Source: Paraspadella gotoi (lineage: Eukaryota; Animalia; Chaetognatha). From it: 64,000 bases of DNA. The notes under the pieces are model-generated. The model was not told the DNA's origin. It worked only from the letters and a program-made list of their open reading frames with translations, and did not search any database. The stretch is taken from contig CM119266.1 in the NCBI GenBank assembly GCA_051294375.1, forward strand, positions 21,891,875 to 21,955,874. Reading direction: 5' to 3'. Below, in pieces: positions 63,223 to 64,000 of the stretch (position 1 is its first letter; each line of letters starts with the position of its first letter). The position numbers were made by a program, and so were the translations under genes.

Positions 63223-64000
63223 CAGGATAATGATAAACGATAACGTCGTTATGTATACGATTAGATTAGCTTTTCAACTTGACACATCCCCGCAATCTGT
63301 ACAGTAAAAAAAATATATTAGACTACGACAAAACAAAAAAGCCAATTTCCGAGCAAGCACAGTATTATGATTATTTTTTTTAAAAAAAATGGTCAACTTT
63401 AATTTAGTTTACATTTACAGTGTATATTTCAATTATGTTTTTTTTTTAATCGGTTTTGTACACAGTCTTTATTTTGTTGATTTTAAGTTCGATGATTTAA
63501 AAATTGAAAAATGGATATATATTTTAATTTTAAAACAGTTAAAGGAAATATAGGACTGTTTGCTAGTTTTAGTTATATGGTCAGAAGTAATGTGTATGAA
63601 TCAAAATTGTTAAATCAAAATTATAATAAAAAAATGCAACTTTTAATTACGTCTTTTGTTTCTGTTATTTTGAATACATGCGCTCCCTTAGATTTAGGAC
63701 AGACAAATTATATTAAAAACAAGTGACAACGACGAAATAGATTTGAGCACAACCATAATGGTAATGAAAACTGTTTGTTTAAAATTTACCTCTAATAATA
63801 TCAAAAATTAAATTAATAACTAGAAATCAGATAATATTGAAAACCCCAAGACGGGTCAACTATTTAAATCACCATTAAAATTAATATCTTTGCATTTTTA
63901 AATTTTGATATAGGTCATCGAAATTTAGAATGACTTACAGTTTTCTATTCATAATAAAAAGCATATAAAAGCATATAAAACGCAATAAATAGTTTTTTTT

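Overview
Eukaryotic (invertebrate animal) genomic DNA with GC-rich exons, AT-rich GT-AG introns, (CT)n/(GA)n microsatellites and two N gaps. Hand-spliced gene order: last exon of ANKRD13C (+); HEXIM (-); an F-box protein (-); a MITE-like element; then one ~39-kb secreted multi-protease-inhibitor gene (+, 10571-49480; about 18 WAP, 4 antistasin-like, 6 thyroglobulin type-1, 2 Ig and 1 Kunitz domains). Three large introns of that gene hold five nested genes. After it come a Gly/Met-rich type I membrane protein (-), a tetraspanin-like gene (-) and a PLAT+ankyrin gene (+). The standout is the intronless 1339-aa nested gene at 23269-27288. It joins a signal peptide, a Toll-like LRR ectodomain and a TM segment to a degenerate pseudokinase, an RNase L/IRE1-type KEN ribonuclease domain with intact Y..RN...H catalytic spacing, and a probable ubiquitin-like tail. 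This suggests a TLR-like receptor wired directly to a ribonuclease instead of a TIR domain. All homology calls are from motif recognition only; no searches were run.
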